The notes beneath the pieces are model-generated. The model did not search any database and was not told where the DNA came from. It worked only from the letters and a program-made list of their open reading frames with translations. From a virus, in the IMG/VR virus record IMGVR_UViG_3300008266_000037, positions 1-64,000 of that record: 64,000 bases of DNA. The stretch is one strand, 5' to 3'. The position numbers and the translations under genes were made by a program. Positions within the stretch are counted from its first letter, which is position 1. Every line of letters starts with the position of its first letter. Below, piece by piece: positions 35,501 through 43,613 of this stretch.

Positions 35501-38500
35501 CCCGGATTTCTTTTGGCCAGTAAGCATGGCGAAGCCGGGACTTAGCATCGCTGATCGAATGGCGAGGCTGACCGTCACCACCTCTATACCACGCCGTCTC
35601 CTGATAAATCTTGCTTGGCCGCTCTCCAGCCTTCTCCATCTTAAGGAACTTGTCGTAGTCCTCTTTCTGGGAGGACATAGATCTTGCCCCAGTAAGCATG
35701 AAGCGACGGTCAGATTTTCGACCGGCCATGTCTTCTTCGCCACTAAGGTAATCCAGGTACGCGCGAGTGGTGCTGTGATCAGCTGCGTCGTAACCGCCCT
35801 CAGAGAACATCTTGTCCGTTTGAGTAAGAACCTCCTTTAGCAGCGTGTTAGCGCTAGGCTTAAGCCCCATCAGTTTCCGGACCCAGTCCACAAACTTATC
35901 CCACATAGACACAGGAGGGGCTCCCCTCTCTGCTCGGCCAAGAGGCTTGCCCTTAGCGTCTATGGTCTTCATGAATGCCTGAGCGTCAGGGTCCGTAAGG
36001 GCCCAAGACACAAACTCATCGGGGTGCCCAAACATTTCAGACGCCCAGATCTGGCCTCTTGGGTCAGCCGCAGGGTGGCTGAGAAGGTGCTTGTGGTCCT
36101 TGTTAATAGCCCCCCCAAAGACATCCCAGAGCCTTTTGATCTCGTCTATGGATTCTTGCGCATTGGACGGAGAAAGGCCAGCCAGCTCTCTGTTTCTCTC
36201 GGTCGCCATCGAGAGCGTGTGATATCTTGACCCGACAAACGCGTGGATCAGCTCATGGAGAATAATATCCTGAGAGTCCTTAGCGGCGGGGTCTAGAGCG
36301 ATCTCAGCGGAAGCCATGCGGTACGAACCAAGAAGCCCGCGCAAAGGTCTGACGCCTATTGTCGTTCGGCTGCCGACACCGCCGTTGTCCAGCATCTTCC
36401 CTGCAAGGGCCTTGAACTCGGGGCTCTCCCCATTAACGGCAATCCAGTTCAGGACTTTGTTGGCTTCTCCGGTTTGGACCGCATCAGAAAGAGACCCCCA
36501 CACCGAGGCCCTCGATTTGGTCGGCAGACCCGCCGCAACGATTGAGGCCCCAAGGCCAACAAGGAACTGCCTGCGAGAGGGGTCGGCGTACATCCTCTGG
36601 TCAGCGCCGCTCTGGTCTTGACGAGTGCGGGCTCCAACTTCTCCGCTCATAACCTTGGTGAGCACGCTGTCAGCTCGCTGCATCTTCAGCAGCTTCTTGA
36701 AGAACTGGACAATCCGGTTCATCAGGCCGGTGTAGCGGGCGCCAATCTTACCGCCGGACTTATACCAGTCCTTGGTCATCTCAGCGACAGCCTCCTCAAC
36801 GATAGCATCCATGTCTGGATTGCCGTCATCGTTAAGGTAGGTGTCTCTATACTTCTCGTTGGCCCACTGGAGGTAGGTGTATTCCTTGCCGTCCATCTTG
36901 CGTGAACGGACTTCCTTGCCAAGGACGTTCCACTCCTGAGAGGTGAACTTACCCAGTCTGCGCAAGGCATGGATAGCCTCGTGATGGAGGGTCTCCATCA
37001 TCTTGGCGAGGTTCTCAGCGTCAGAAAGGTTGGGGTCGTAAGCGTCCCTAGAAAGGGCAATCAGTACCTGTATGGACCGACCTTCGCTGTCCCGATCAGA
37101 GGTCTCAGCGTAGCCAGCCGCGCCTTCGTCAAGCTGCCCTTCCACCTTGAGGATGGTTTCATCACTCAGGCCCAGCTCTTTCAGGGCAGACTTCAGCGCC
37201 TTCTCTTGGCGGGCATCGCGGCCAGCAGTCTTGTTCTCTGGCGTGGTCTGAATATCAGGAGCGGGGGCGGCGGCTGTGCCTTGCTTTGCATCCAGCCATT
37301 CCTGAGCCTTCTGCCGGGTCGGGAACGTGTGAACAACATTCTCTCTCGGGGCACCATCAGTGTCCGCTGTCGTGTCCATGACGGTGCCGTCAACAGGAGA
37401 CAGGCCGGTCCTTACCGGAGCAGCCACCTTTTCCACCACGGCAAACGCAGCGCGGCCAGTCTGGGCCCTAGCGACTTCAAAATCTGCTTGCTGAAGCTGT
37501 GACTCAAGAGCGGCCCTAGCGCTGTCCATCGCCTCCACACGAGAGGCGGGCCAGTCTTCTCCTACTTGAGGGAGGGCAGCCAGCTTTCTCCTGATATCGT
37601 CAGCCCGTACTCTGGCGGCGTCGAATCTGGCTTTGATGGCTTGAGGTGAAGGGCCTTTCGATGCTCCTTCTGCGGTCGGTTCTTGAACCGGGATGGGCTT
37701 GATGTACAGCTCTGTGCCTTCGCCGGGGCCTGCGACCTCTGGCGGTTTGGCGGCTGTACTTTCATAGACCGGTTCCTTGTTTGTTCTGGTCTTGCCGTTC
37801 TTGAGTTTGGTGGTGGTCTCGTTAACGCCAACCTTCTTGATGAAGCCACGGCGCTCAAGGATTTTCAGCGTGTCTGCCGGACGGGGGATGCCCTTGTCCT
37901 TCAGCATCGAAGGAGTCACAGGACCAGCCTCAGCGGACCGAATAAGCTCAGCGCCCATCTCGGGGGTGAACGGATCAGCGGTCAGCTGGCTTTCGGGACG
38001 GGGGCGAACAGGATCGGGAAGCGGCTTCGGCATACGCTTCTTGCCAGCCCTTGCTTTCTCTATCGCTTGAACGCGATCCTGCTGTTCGGCAAGCAATGCC
38101 TCATAGTTGCCCTGAGCCATCTGGTCCAGAACTGGGGCAACCTGTTCCCGCCAAGAAACCTGATCCACCGCAGAACGGGTGGACGCTGGCATGGGGGGAA
38201 TGTTTTGTGGGGGAACTCTGTCGTAACCAATGTACCCGGCTGGCCCGCTATCAACGGGAGAGGGCTGAGGTTGCGCTGCTTGACGCTGACGGCCCCATCT
38301 TCTTTCGTTGATGGCGTCCCGAATCATGTCGTCCCGGAGCTGGGCCTCACCAGCACGAGGAGCATTCAGGCCACCGGCAACACCGCCGATGCCACCGCCC
38401 ATGATGCCGCCAAGGACACCGCCCTGAAGGGCTGCCGTTCCCACACCCTCCATAAGGTTCTGGTTGGAGTCTAGGGTTCTCTCTGCCACGTTAGAGAAGA

Positions 38501-39359
38501 ACTGCTCTCCACCGGATTGGATAGCTTCTTCAACACCCTCAGAGAACACGCCCTTCGCCGCGCCGCCAAGAGCCCCTCGGCTAAAGATGTCTCCAGCAGC
38601 ACCAGACAGAAGGGATCTTTCAAACCCACCCATCAATCCGCCAGTAACCCCAGTAAGGGCGCCAGATGCCATTGATGGCAGAACGGCAGCTCGCTCCGCC
38701 TCTGCTCTGGTATAGCCTTCAGCCATCAGCCTTTCGACTGTGGACTGCTGAGACATAAGGGAGCCTTGAATGCCTTCTGCCGCAGCCATGCTCAAAGCGG
38801 CAGCCTTAGGGGTCAGTCCCATTCCTCTGGCAGCAAGGCCTGCGCCACCGGGGACAATCATGGACGGAAGGGACTCAAGCCCCATACCGATCAGGTTATC
38901 AGCGTCATACCAAGGGGCGTTCTCCCGGTTGTATTGACGGGCTTCTGATTGCTCATTACGGGCCGCGTCTCCAGCGACATCGCCGAGCAGGCCGAGCGCG
39001 TTGAGCTGACCGCTAAGGGTGAGAGGATTGTAGTCGGTTCTGACACCCGACGTGTCCACCCCAAACAGGCCAACAATACCCCTTGCCATAGAAGCTGGGT
39101 CGTTCAGCAGGCCGGGCAAGGCAGCGAGGCCGGACCCAAAGTCCAGCGCTCTGTCGCCAATCAGGTCTCCGATACCACGGTCTGGTCTAGAGCCCGGTCC
39201 TTGAGGGGTGGAGGTTAGATACCCAAGAATCTCGGTATCTGAATAGCCCTGTTCTCGGGCTTGGACAACTTGCGGCCTACCGTTGGCGGCAAGGTACTCT
39301 ACGATCTCTGCGTCGGAATACCCTGCGGCTCTTGCCTGGGCAATCTTAGGATCGGCCAT
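29553..39359 (-). CDS. giant virion-associated polyvalent-type protein (3268 aa) with three zincin-like HExxH motifs
   Basis: Uninterrupted 9.8-kb ORF closing the late operon. N-terminal GYSD(A/T)EI(V/L)(E/G)YL repeat x2, then a Gly/Ala-rich glycine-zipper region. HExxH motifs HHEAIH, HELIH and HEIQH. Internal ~224-aa duplicated module starting SDRRF. Confidence 0.85.
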   Translation of the reverse strand: MADPKIAQARAAGYSDAEIVEYLAANGRPQVVQAREQGYSDTEILGYLTSTPQGPGSRPDRGIGDLIGDRALDFGSGLAALPGLLNDPASMARGIVGLFGVDTSGVRTDYNPLTLSGQLNALGLLGDVAGDAARNEQSEARQYNRENAPWYDADNLIGMGLESLPSMIVPGGAGLAARGMGLTPKAAALSMAAAEGIQGSLMSQQSTVERLMAEGYTRAEAERAAVLPSMASGALTGVTGGLMGGFERSLLSGAAGDIFSRGALGGAAKGVFSEGVEEAIQSGGEQFFSNVAERTLDSNQNLMEGVGTAALQGGVLGGIMGGGIGGVAGGLNAPRAGEAQLRDDMIRDAINERRWGRQRQAAQPQPSPVDSGPAGYIGYDRVPPQNIPPMPASTRSAVDQVSWREQVAPVLDQMAQGNYEALLAEQQDRVQAIEKARAGKKRMPKPLPDPVRPRPESQLTADPFTPEMGAELIRSAEAGPVTPSMLKDKGIPRPADTLKILERRGFIKKVGVNETTTKLKNGKTRTNKEPVYESTAAKPPEVAGPGEGTELYIKPIPVQEPTAEGASKGPSPQAIKARFDAARVRADDIRRKLAALPQVGEDWPASRVEAMDSARAALESQLQQADFEVARAQTGRAAFAVVEKVAAPVRTGLSPVDGTVMDTTADTDGAPRENVVHTFPTRQKAQEWLDAKQGTAAAPAPDIQTTPENKTAGRDARQEKALKSALKELGLSDETILKVEGQLDEGAAGYAETSDRDSEGRSIQVLIALSRDAYDPNLSDAENLAKMMETLHHEAIHALRRLGKFTSQEWNVLGKEVRSRKMDGKEYTYLQWANEKYRDTYLNDDGNPDMDAIVEEAVAEMTKDWYKSGGKIGARYTGLMNRIVQFFKKLLKMQRADSVLTKVMSGEVGARTRQDQSGADQRMYADPSRRQFLVGLGASIVAAGLPTKSRASVWGSLSDAVQTGEANKVLNWIAVNGESPEFKALAGKMLDNGGVGSRTTIGVRPLRGLLGSYRMASAEIALDPAAKDSQDIILHELIHAFVGSRYHTLSMATERNRELAGLSPSNAQESIDEIKRLWDVFGGAINKDHKHLLSHPAADPRGQIWASEMFGHPDEFVSWALTDPDAQAFMKTIDAKGKPLGRAERGAPPVSMWDKFVDWVRKLMGLKPSANTLLKEVLTQTDKMFSEGGYDAADHSTTRAYLDYLSGEEDMAGRKSDRRFMLTGARSMSSQKEDYDKFLKMEKAGERPSKIYQETAWYRGGDGQPRHSISDAKSRLRHAYWPKEIRERIAKAGPNATSTYEVLEDVLKHKELFEAYPGLAPLPVEFTLKKPDGSLMVSGDGQTLPDRIVIGVSKRADSRPEEEMVVSAILRQTQLAVRQMEGWPADAQQAEAEALSTEGRRTLDSRNVRRREPYNVPGSNLKIAAREEVMLPFAEPPVPSDRRFSFASTKSQRPPRDNYAKFLKMEKAGDSRGTIYLHTGWFRGPDGKPRYEISDNDSRLKPVANASDLRGDLAVIRQKQGVLSPSIYSTIEEVLDHPELFEAYPFLRNVTVEFADETNDGSSFTVGNAAMTPVRTGEPPDRILIAVGKGGVPLIQEAETIRAVLLHEIQHAIQTFEGMAGGGNPNRMPSLATVSEAVRRRFESVNKELVTLSKNQDIDGFFKAVGSERSTYTPSQIKSVEHLMGALSVMGVPPSNMSDIYKRATNFAVYKSLYGEMEARNTESRINMTPAERLRNAPWRTVDVNENLGISMTLDEKNALLAQIAAKKAAASGVSHYNSRNGFTPLETIENLQALAEKNRAAGLNDMADEMLEMASFVDPFGIRPDNIPRISDRRFSYAGARIHSRLGQVINAQTTKKATAQQWLKTLESQPGVTKDEMDWVGFTDLLKENPDKVMTLEELKEFFEENNIVLEDIKRGPGSIEDPVDKEMFDAMVQELMDELDMDGRQMDREQAEGYVAKKMTSAAEWDTYNDYTVDDGLVANHSNYTLRGGHTETELLITIPGSINPKLSPVAFRATEHFREYNVLAHVRYKIRDDVNGVPTLFIEEIQSDWHQRLRRSHIVEVKVAEAKRILQAEKEKAIEFYENNMAEPPDFSRTGEHNVLSRFTRASNYKYWPDRQTHEAAEAIRFSLRKAQEEYDKIQLLEVYDTPPEAPFKNNAWVKLATRRIILDAIDNGITQISWTPGHIQVERYSNDQSVKGVGKFYDDVITSIIGKEIKPYGAQINNRQFDIPEGDHPITGGVMPARTLDAPTFHITPKMREVVNGEGFRLYSKGATLPRGMTEADLDALDAAMSTTGKTIGGPSPEVAAMGGSGAAEMAARYTIVQDYLAKGTRVSPIKVAEADARDAIDRATTLAQDRMFPVRRMVSEVAKFGGRVTDTNDPVLADTLYTRRSQHKMDKAHENLWRPAYLAIHQIGATEADLAKLSSVSNAARLELESSHVHPSEAVLNLYLYARHAPERNKFIEEVRKAKEIDPDTGEITDEMLDAGSGMTNEEAAAIMDWFDGYSKQSKVEAAASKVDAILDYTRKTRETSGLSPKWDDIVSPLVPRFKHYVPLRGFAVGNTAEDWFTGDEHARTGKAYKVGGKEDRAMKGRQTYAGDMLANVIMQNQEAIVRSEKVRVGQSLARFVRDNPELTKDYLVELPAHPMQRVVVNGKTRMSPKDVKGDPNYFVTKENGKDVIFEVKNKRLGDSLSKIQSFGGSLPDLILSRMARLTRLMSQLQTSYNPEFLVANFLRDVQAAMIQSGQYSPDAWQKISKKAMVYAGQAVGERLGKKDPVLEAKMDRLSELGGLTGVYGLTSIEDQMQQITRELNDIDPQDKNAGAKALRLSMKAIGKGFKYLEDLNDSVEGATRLAVFEAFREQGWSEERAAQAAKDMTVNFNRKGEWGPYMNAAYMFFNAATQGTATLMQAATSPRVQKVIMGIMVAGVLQEVLMSALSPEDEYGTSEYDKIEDYILEKNMVIMLGGGNYLKIPMPLGYNVFHTAGRNMARVAMGKSGPLDAAMKTGSSVLSAFNPFGTNGSWVSAIFPSVFRPMVETAVNTDFTGKPIHPTGMPGLEQPASQSFFPSTSQTSQGIADVASRLTGGDSAYTPGAIEVHPDDIDHMAGAYLGGMGRFVGRVGNLMGFAIDPQSKAVEGRELAARDWPLYRSFGGNVSGASIRTSYDKLITPYLQFGRSVDQFESEGNYEAVNSLLARSPERMMIYDFAADMERERIKTRREIREVQTDPQMDDASKVAIVKQLRDEEQVLMNLTIQQIRELERQAGL

Positions 39360-39377
39360 GTTGTCCGTTAGTTAGGG

Positions 39378-40820
39378 TTAGTCGCCGAGTATCGAAGAAA
39401 GCGGCGGACGGTTCTCCGTAGATCCTACACGAGCTGGCGCTTGACCTGAAGTCGTGGTGGGCCGAACAGGACCGGCGAGACCAGCCGTTGCAGCTCTTTG
39501 AGCTTGAGCAATGATCTCTTCTTCTGTGGCTGGCCGGTATTCCGTGCCGGGAGACCCGTCCAGCTTAGGACGCTGAGCCCGTTCTTGACCAGCTCTTGAA
39601 GCTGCCGCGTAAGCGCCCTGATACAGGGTTGCGTATCGCTCTTCTTCTGATTTGCTTTCCCAGCGACCAGCGGCGATTTCCTTGTCTCTAAGAGCAGCAG
39701 CTGCTGCCCTTGCCAAAGCAGCTTCGCTTGAGGTGTGTTCTCTGTTGAGCCTGTTCTGCTCAATGTTAACGTTAGCCGCTGCGGCAGCATCCCGAGATCT
39801 GGCACCGCCGAGGGTAAGTTCAGAGGCGTTGCTGAAGGCTCCCGCTCTAGCCGCAAGATCACCCCTGTAGATACCAGAGGCTGCCTCAAGAGAGGCTCGG
39901 GCCTGCTGCTGCTCAGCCTGACTGCGGGCCAGCTGAGCCTGAATGACGCTCTGCATCAAGCCGCGCTCTTCCTCTTGAATGCGGTCACGAGAGCTAAGAC
40001 CCGCAGCCCCACCAGCCGCAAGGGCAGACATGAAGTTCGGGGTTCGGGCAGACATCATTGCAAGGCCAGCATCCATTAGGGCCCGGCCCCTGTTAGAGCC
40101 CCGCTCTCTATCTTCTTCGACCTGAAGGCGAGACAGAATCTTAGCGTAAGGCTCTGTCGCGTCAGGCATCATGTTGGCGATGTTCGCGTAATGGTCCTGA
40201 ATGTTTCCGGCCTCAGCAGGAAGCCCGAGCGCCCCAATGATTCTGTCGCCCAGACCCATAGCGTCGTTAGCAATGTTTTCCGGGTTGGAGAATCCGTTGG
40301 GAAGATCTGGAGCGGGCGGCGGTGCGGGAGTTTCAGGGGGGGCAACCCCGTCAATAGACGCCCCTTCCGGGGAGTAGTGAAAATGCATTCCAGACCCAAC
40401 ATTGTGTCTGAGCAACTCACCGGCAGGGAGCCCTGCTCTGGCAATGCTCGCAGCTGCACTGGCTAGAGTAAGGCCGGGGTCGACAAAGTCCCATGCGTCA
40501 CCGCCATTGCGGGTGTGCCATGAGTTAGGAACCCCGCCGACCTGAGCGTTTCTTTCAGGCGTTCTGTAACCAGAGGTGAACCGGGCTTGCGGAAAGATGC
40601 CGCCAAGTGTTTCCCTAAGCTGCCTTGAGCGCTCGCTTTCCCCCCGAACAGGACCGCCATCAGCAAAGCCTCTAGGCTTACCGCCCCTCAGGGCCGCTCT
40701 CCGCTGAAGTTCATTCATGACAACCTGCAAGGGCGCCATACCGGAGGGACGCTGAAGTTCTTGCACAAGCTGGTCGTCGGTAAGCCTCTCAACCAGAGAG
40801 GAAATCTGCATCATTTCCAT
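39378..40820 (-). CDS. virion protein with peptidase M15 (murein endopeptidase/VanY-like) domain
   Basis: Motif SGYRTPERNAQVGG...SWHTRNGGDAWDF. C-terminal Ala/Arg-rich coiled coil. Confidence 0.7.
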   Translation of the reverse strand: MEMMQISSLVERLTDDQLVQELQRPSGMAPLQVVMNELQRRAALRGGKPRGFADGGPVRGESERSRQLRETLGGIFPQARFTSGYRTPERNAQVGGVPNSWHTRNGGDAWDFVDPGLTLASAAASIARAGLPAGELLRHNVGSGMHFHYSPEGASIDGVAPPETPAPPPAPDLPNGFSNPENIANDAMGLGDRIIGALGLPAEAGNIQDHYANIANMMPDATEPYAKILSRLQVEEDRERGSNRGRALMDAGLAMMSARTPNFMSALAAGGAAGLSSRDRIQEEERGLMQSVIQAQLARSQAEQQQARASLEAASGIYRGDLAARAGAFSNASELTLGGARSRDAAAAANVNIEQNRLNREHTSSEAALARAAAAALRDKEIAAGRWESKSEEERYATLYQGAYAAASRAGQERAQRPKLDGSPGTEYRPATEEEIIAQAQRAATAGLAGPVRPTTTSGQAPARVGSTENRPPLSSILGD

Positions 40821-41806
40821 TAGGTCGTTCTCCCGCCAAGATTTTGAGAACCGCCAAACAGGCCAAGACCAAGGCCGACAGCCTGAGCATAAGGATTCTG
40901 GAACTGAGTGCTGGTAACTTCAGAAGACACCGGCATCGGGGTGCCTCTCAGGACACCCGACAGCATGGCCAGATTTTGGCGTTCGTAGTCACGCTGGTTA
41001 GTGAAGTCGGTGTAGCCAAGGTCCAGCCCGGCTTGCGTCAGTTGTTCTTGGCTCAGCCCCATATTCCGCATAGCCTCAGCATCTGAGTAGCCCATCTGAG
41101 AGCGAAGCTGACCCATGCGAGCGGCTTGCTCAGAGAGCTGCCCCATCTGGTTGGAGCCCGACAACATACGGTCCAGACCAGAGATGTCAGCGGCCTGATT
41201 AGAGCGGTCAGCGTCCAGCATTCTGCCCTGATCGCTAGCCCAGATACCTTGACCTTGCCGGTAGGCATCAGACATAGCGCTGCCTTCGGCCTCCATCATG
41301 CGGCGCTGGAAGTCGTTGCCAGCCAGCTGAGCCATGACGCCGTGGCGAGAGCCGCCAAACGCGCCAGACATTGCAGCTCTCTGGTCCAAGGAGTTCATCT
41401 CCTGACCAAAGGCGTCCATCTGACGAGAGCGCTGTTGGTCAAGGACGGTGTTCAGGTATGGATCCATGTACCGCTGAGCAGCAGCAGTATCCCACTGACC
41501 AGTGCCCACATCTCTGGCAGCGCCGTTAACAGCACCAGCCGTGCCAGCCATGGCGCTGTCCAGACCGCTAGCAGCGGTGTCCATGTAGGGAGACCAAGAC
41601 CCTTGGTTCGCCGTGACCTGACCAAAGGCGGATTGAGTTGGAGCAGAGAAGTCTGCCAGCCTTGCCCCGGTGTAGGCCTCATAAGGTCGGTTAGAAATAC
41701 CTTCAGCCCGTTGAAGGGTGCGTTCAAGGTATGGGTAAAACTCCTCAGGGAGGGAGCTTTGAGTGACCGTCTGGTCCGTTGGTTGGCTGCCGCCGCCCTT
41801 GCTCAT
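40820..41806 (-). CDS. internal virion/ejection protein (Q/G/M-rich)
   Basis: 328-aa low-complexity ORF inside the ejection-protein cluster. Confidence 0.55.
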   Translation of the reverse strand: MSKGGGSQPTDQTVTQSSLPEEFYPYLERTLQRAEGISNRPYEAYTGARLADFSAPTQSAFGQVTANQGSWSPYMDTAASGLDSAMAGTAGAVNGAARDVGTGQWDTAAAQRYMDPYLNTVLDQQRSRQMDAFGQEMNSLDQRAAMSGAFGGSRHGVMAQLAGNDFQRRMMEAEGSAMSDAYRQGQGIWASDQGRMLDADRSNQAADISGLDRMLSGSNQMGQLSEQAARMGQLRSQMGYSDAEAMRNMGLSQEQLTQAGLDLGYTDFTNQRDYERQNLAMLSGVLRGTPMPVSSEVTSTQFQNPYAQAVGLGLGLFGGSQNLGGRTT

Positions 41807-42219
41807 GTGAACCTCTTCTCAACCGTTATGAACGCTTCTCGCCATCCGAACCGTTCCAGCTTTCTGACCCAGCCCCTTCTGCCGATAAGCTCAAGCCCAT
41901 CGCAGTTGTTTTCATGGGCAAACTTCTCAAGGAGAGAATGCATATCCTCAATCCATTCAGAGAAGAAATCCCCAGCCAGCATTCTGACCTGTAGCAACTT
42001 CACTTCGTCGTACTCAACAAAGGCGCTTGAGCAGAAGCCAATAACCTTGCCGTCATCTCCAGCAACAACCCAAAGCATTTCTTGGTTGTTCATCAGATCA
42101 AAGAGAAACCTTGTCGCGCATCTGCGCTTACGGGTAAGGGGCAGAACCCTTTCCGCATACTCTTTGAACATCGGCCAGCAAGCCCCGATGTTGCTAGGGC
42201 TGACGTACATTATCTTCAT
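41803..42219 (-). CDS. GNAT-family N-acetyltransferase
   Basis: 138 aa. VVAGDDGKVIGFCSS...LLQVRMLAGDFFSEW resembles the acetyl-CoA binding core. Confidence 0.55.
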   Translation of the reverse strand: MKIMYVSPSNIGACWPMFKEYAERVLPLTRKRRCATRFLFDLMNNQEMLWVVAGDDGKVIGFCSSAFVEYDEVKLLQVRMLAGDFFSEWIEDMHSLLEKFAHENNCDGLELIGRRGWVRKLERFGWREAFITVEKRFT

Positions 42220-43613
42220 TGAGCCGCCAGAAGACTATCGACCATCTGCTGAAGTTTCTCAGCTCCAGCCTTGGAAGAACCATTGCCCAGCTTAGCAACG
42301 GCCATGGCAGGAATCACGAACTCCCCATCCGACAGAGCCGCAGGTTCTGCTCCATTGATCATTGCCGGAACACTGTCTGAAACGCCGTCACCCGGGCCCA
42401 TCACCATACCCCCTTCAGCAAACTGCTGGACTCCAGAATCTCTTCTGAAGATGAGGGGGGCGCTACCGACGCCGCCAAGGTTAGACATCTGAGAGAACCC
42501 AAGACCGCTCATGGGATTGTAGCCGCCAGTATATTCCGACCCAGCCCCGTCGCCAAGCGTTCCGCCCCCACCACTAAGTCTGCGACCCCCGGCGTTGGCC
42601 ATAGGATCATAAGGCGTTGGCGTTTGCCTAGGGGGCAGCTGCAACCCACCCCATACACCAAGGTTCTGATTGGCGGGGGCCATAGGCATCCTGCCGCCGA
42701 TAGGGCGCGGGACCGGCATCATTGGGTTCGGTCGCTGCATTCCAGTGGGCAGGGGCATTACTTGAGGCCCAACCATACCGCCTGCGGCATAACCCCTTGT
42801 GGTGGTAACCGGGGTCAGCGTTCCGCCGGGGCCGAAGAAGTTGAACTCTCTATCCATGCCGTGCCTGTAACCACCGGGAGCAGCATTAAGGGTGCGGGCT
42901 CCCATGAAGTTCTCATGCTGGGCTCTTTCGATGGCGGCCTTGCGGCGAAGATCCCTATCCGACTCACCCACATCCATCTGATCTTCTGCGGTCAGGTAAG
43001 CACCGGGAGCCCCAACAATCATGGGAGCAATGGTGTTGCCAAGGCCAGCCATCATGCCGCCGAGACCTTTACCAGCAGCCTGATTAACAGCCTGACTACC
43101 CATGTTCTGGGCACCCTTTGCCACAGTGTTGGCTATCGCAGCTTTAGCGGCTTCTCCACCAGCCTGACCTGCGGCCTGACCAACCGCACTACCGATTGCG
43201 GGTTTAGCAGCCTGACCTAGGGCACCAGCAGCGGCACCGCCGAGAAGCTTACCCCCAAGACCACCAAGAGCCGCACCACCCAGCCCGGCCAGCACGCCCT
43301 TGCCGAGGTCTCCAGTTTCTGCCCATGTACCAAGACCGGACCCAAGAGCGCCCAGCATGAGCGGGCTTGCCATCGCGCCAGACAGACCAAGAGAAGCCCC
43401 AAGGGTTGGGAACAGGGTCGGGAGCATAGACAGAAGAAACGGAAGAAACGCCTCCCTCTCTCCCGTCTGGGGATTGATGGTGAGACCATGACCACCAGTC
43501 ATGTTCTCCAGCATCTTCACCTCTACGGGATTGAGGTGAACCAGCTCGCTATCACCCAGTCGGCCAGCTTTTCTGGCTTCACCAAGGGTGGTGGAGGCGG
43601 GGAGTTTCTTCAT
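42216..43613 (-). CDS. internal virion/ejection protein, Gly/Ala-rich membrane-active
   Basis: 465 aa with long GxxxG/Ala hydrophobic stretches. Confidence 0.55.
   Translation of the reverse strand: MKKLPASTTLGEARKAGRLGDSELVHLNPVEVKMLENMTGGHGLTINPQTGEREAFLPFLLSMLPTLFPTLGASLGLSGAMASPLMLGALGSGLGTWAETGDLGKGVLAGLGGAALGGLGGKLLGGAAAGALGQAAKPAIGSAVGQAAGQAGGEAAKAAIANTVAKGAQNMGSQAVNQAAGKGLGGMMAGLGNTIAPMIVGAPGAYLTAEDQMDVGESDRDLRRKAAIERAQHENFMGARTLNAAPGGYRHGMDREFNFFGPGGTLTPVTTTRGYAAGGMVGPQVMPLPTGMQRPNPMMPVPRPIGGRMPMAPANQNLGVWGGLQLPPRQTPTPYDPMANAGGRRLSGGGGTLGDGAGSEYTGGYNPMSGLGFSQMSNLGGVGSAPLIFRRDSGVQQFAEGGMVMGPGDGVSDSVPAMINGAEPAALSDGEFVIPAMAVAKLGNGSSKAGAEKLQQMVDSLLAAQ

Noticed and set aside
29553-39359. 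Giant ORF as an N4-like virion RNA polymerase
   Set aside because: No T7-like RNAP motifs are recognisable (motif A/B/C: DxxGR, R..K......YG, HDS). Instead there are three HExxH zincin motifs, a temperate context (int, attP-like tRNA) and no N4 signature genes such as RNAP II or DNAP.
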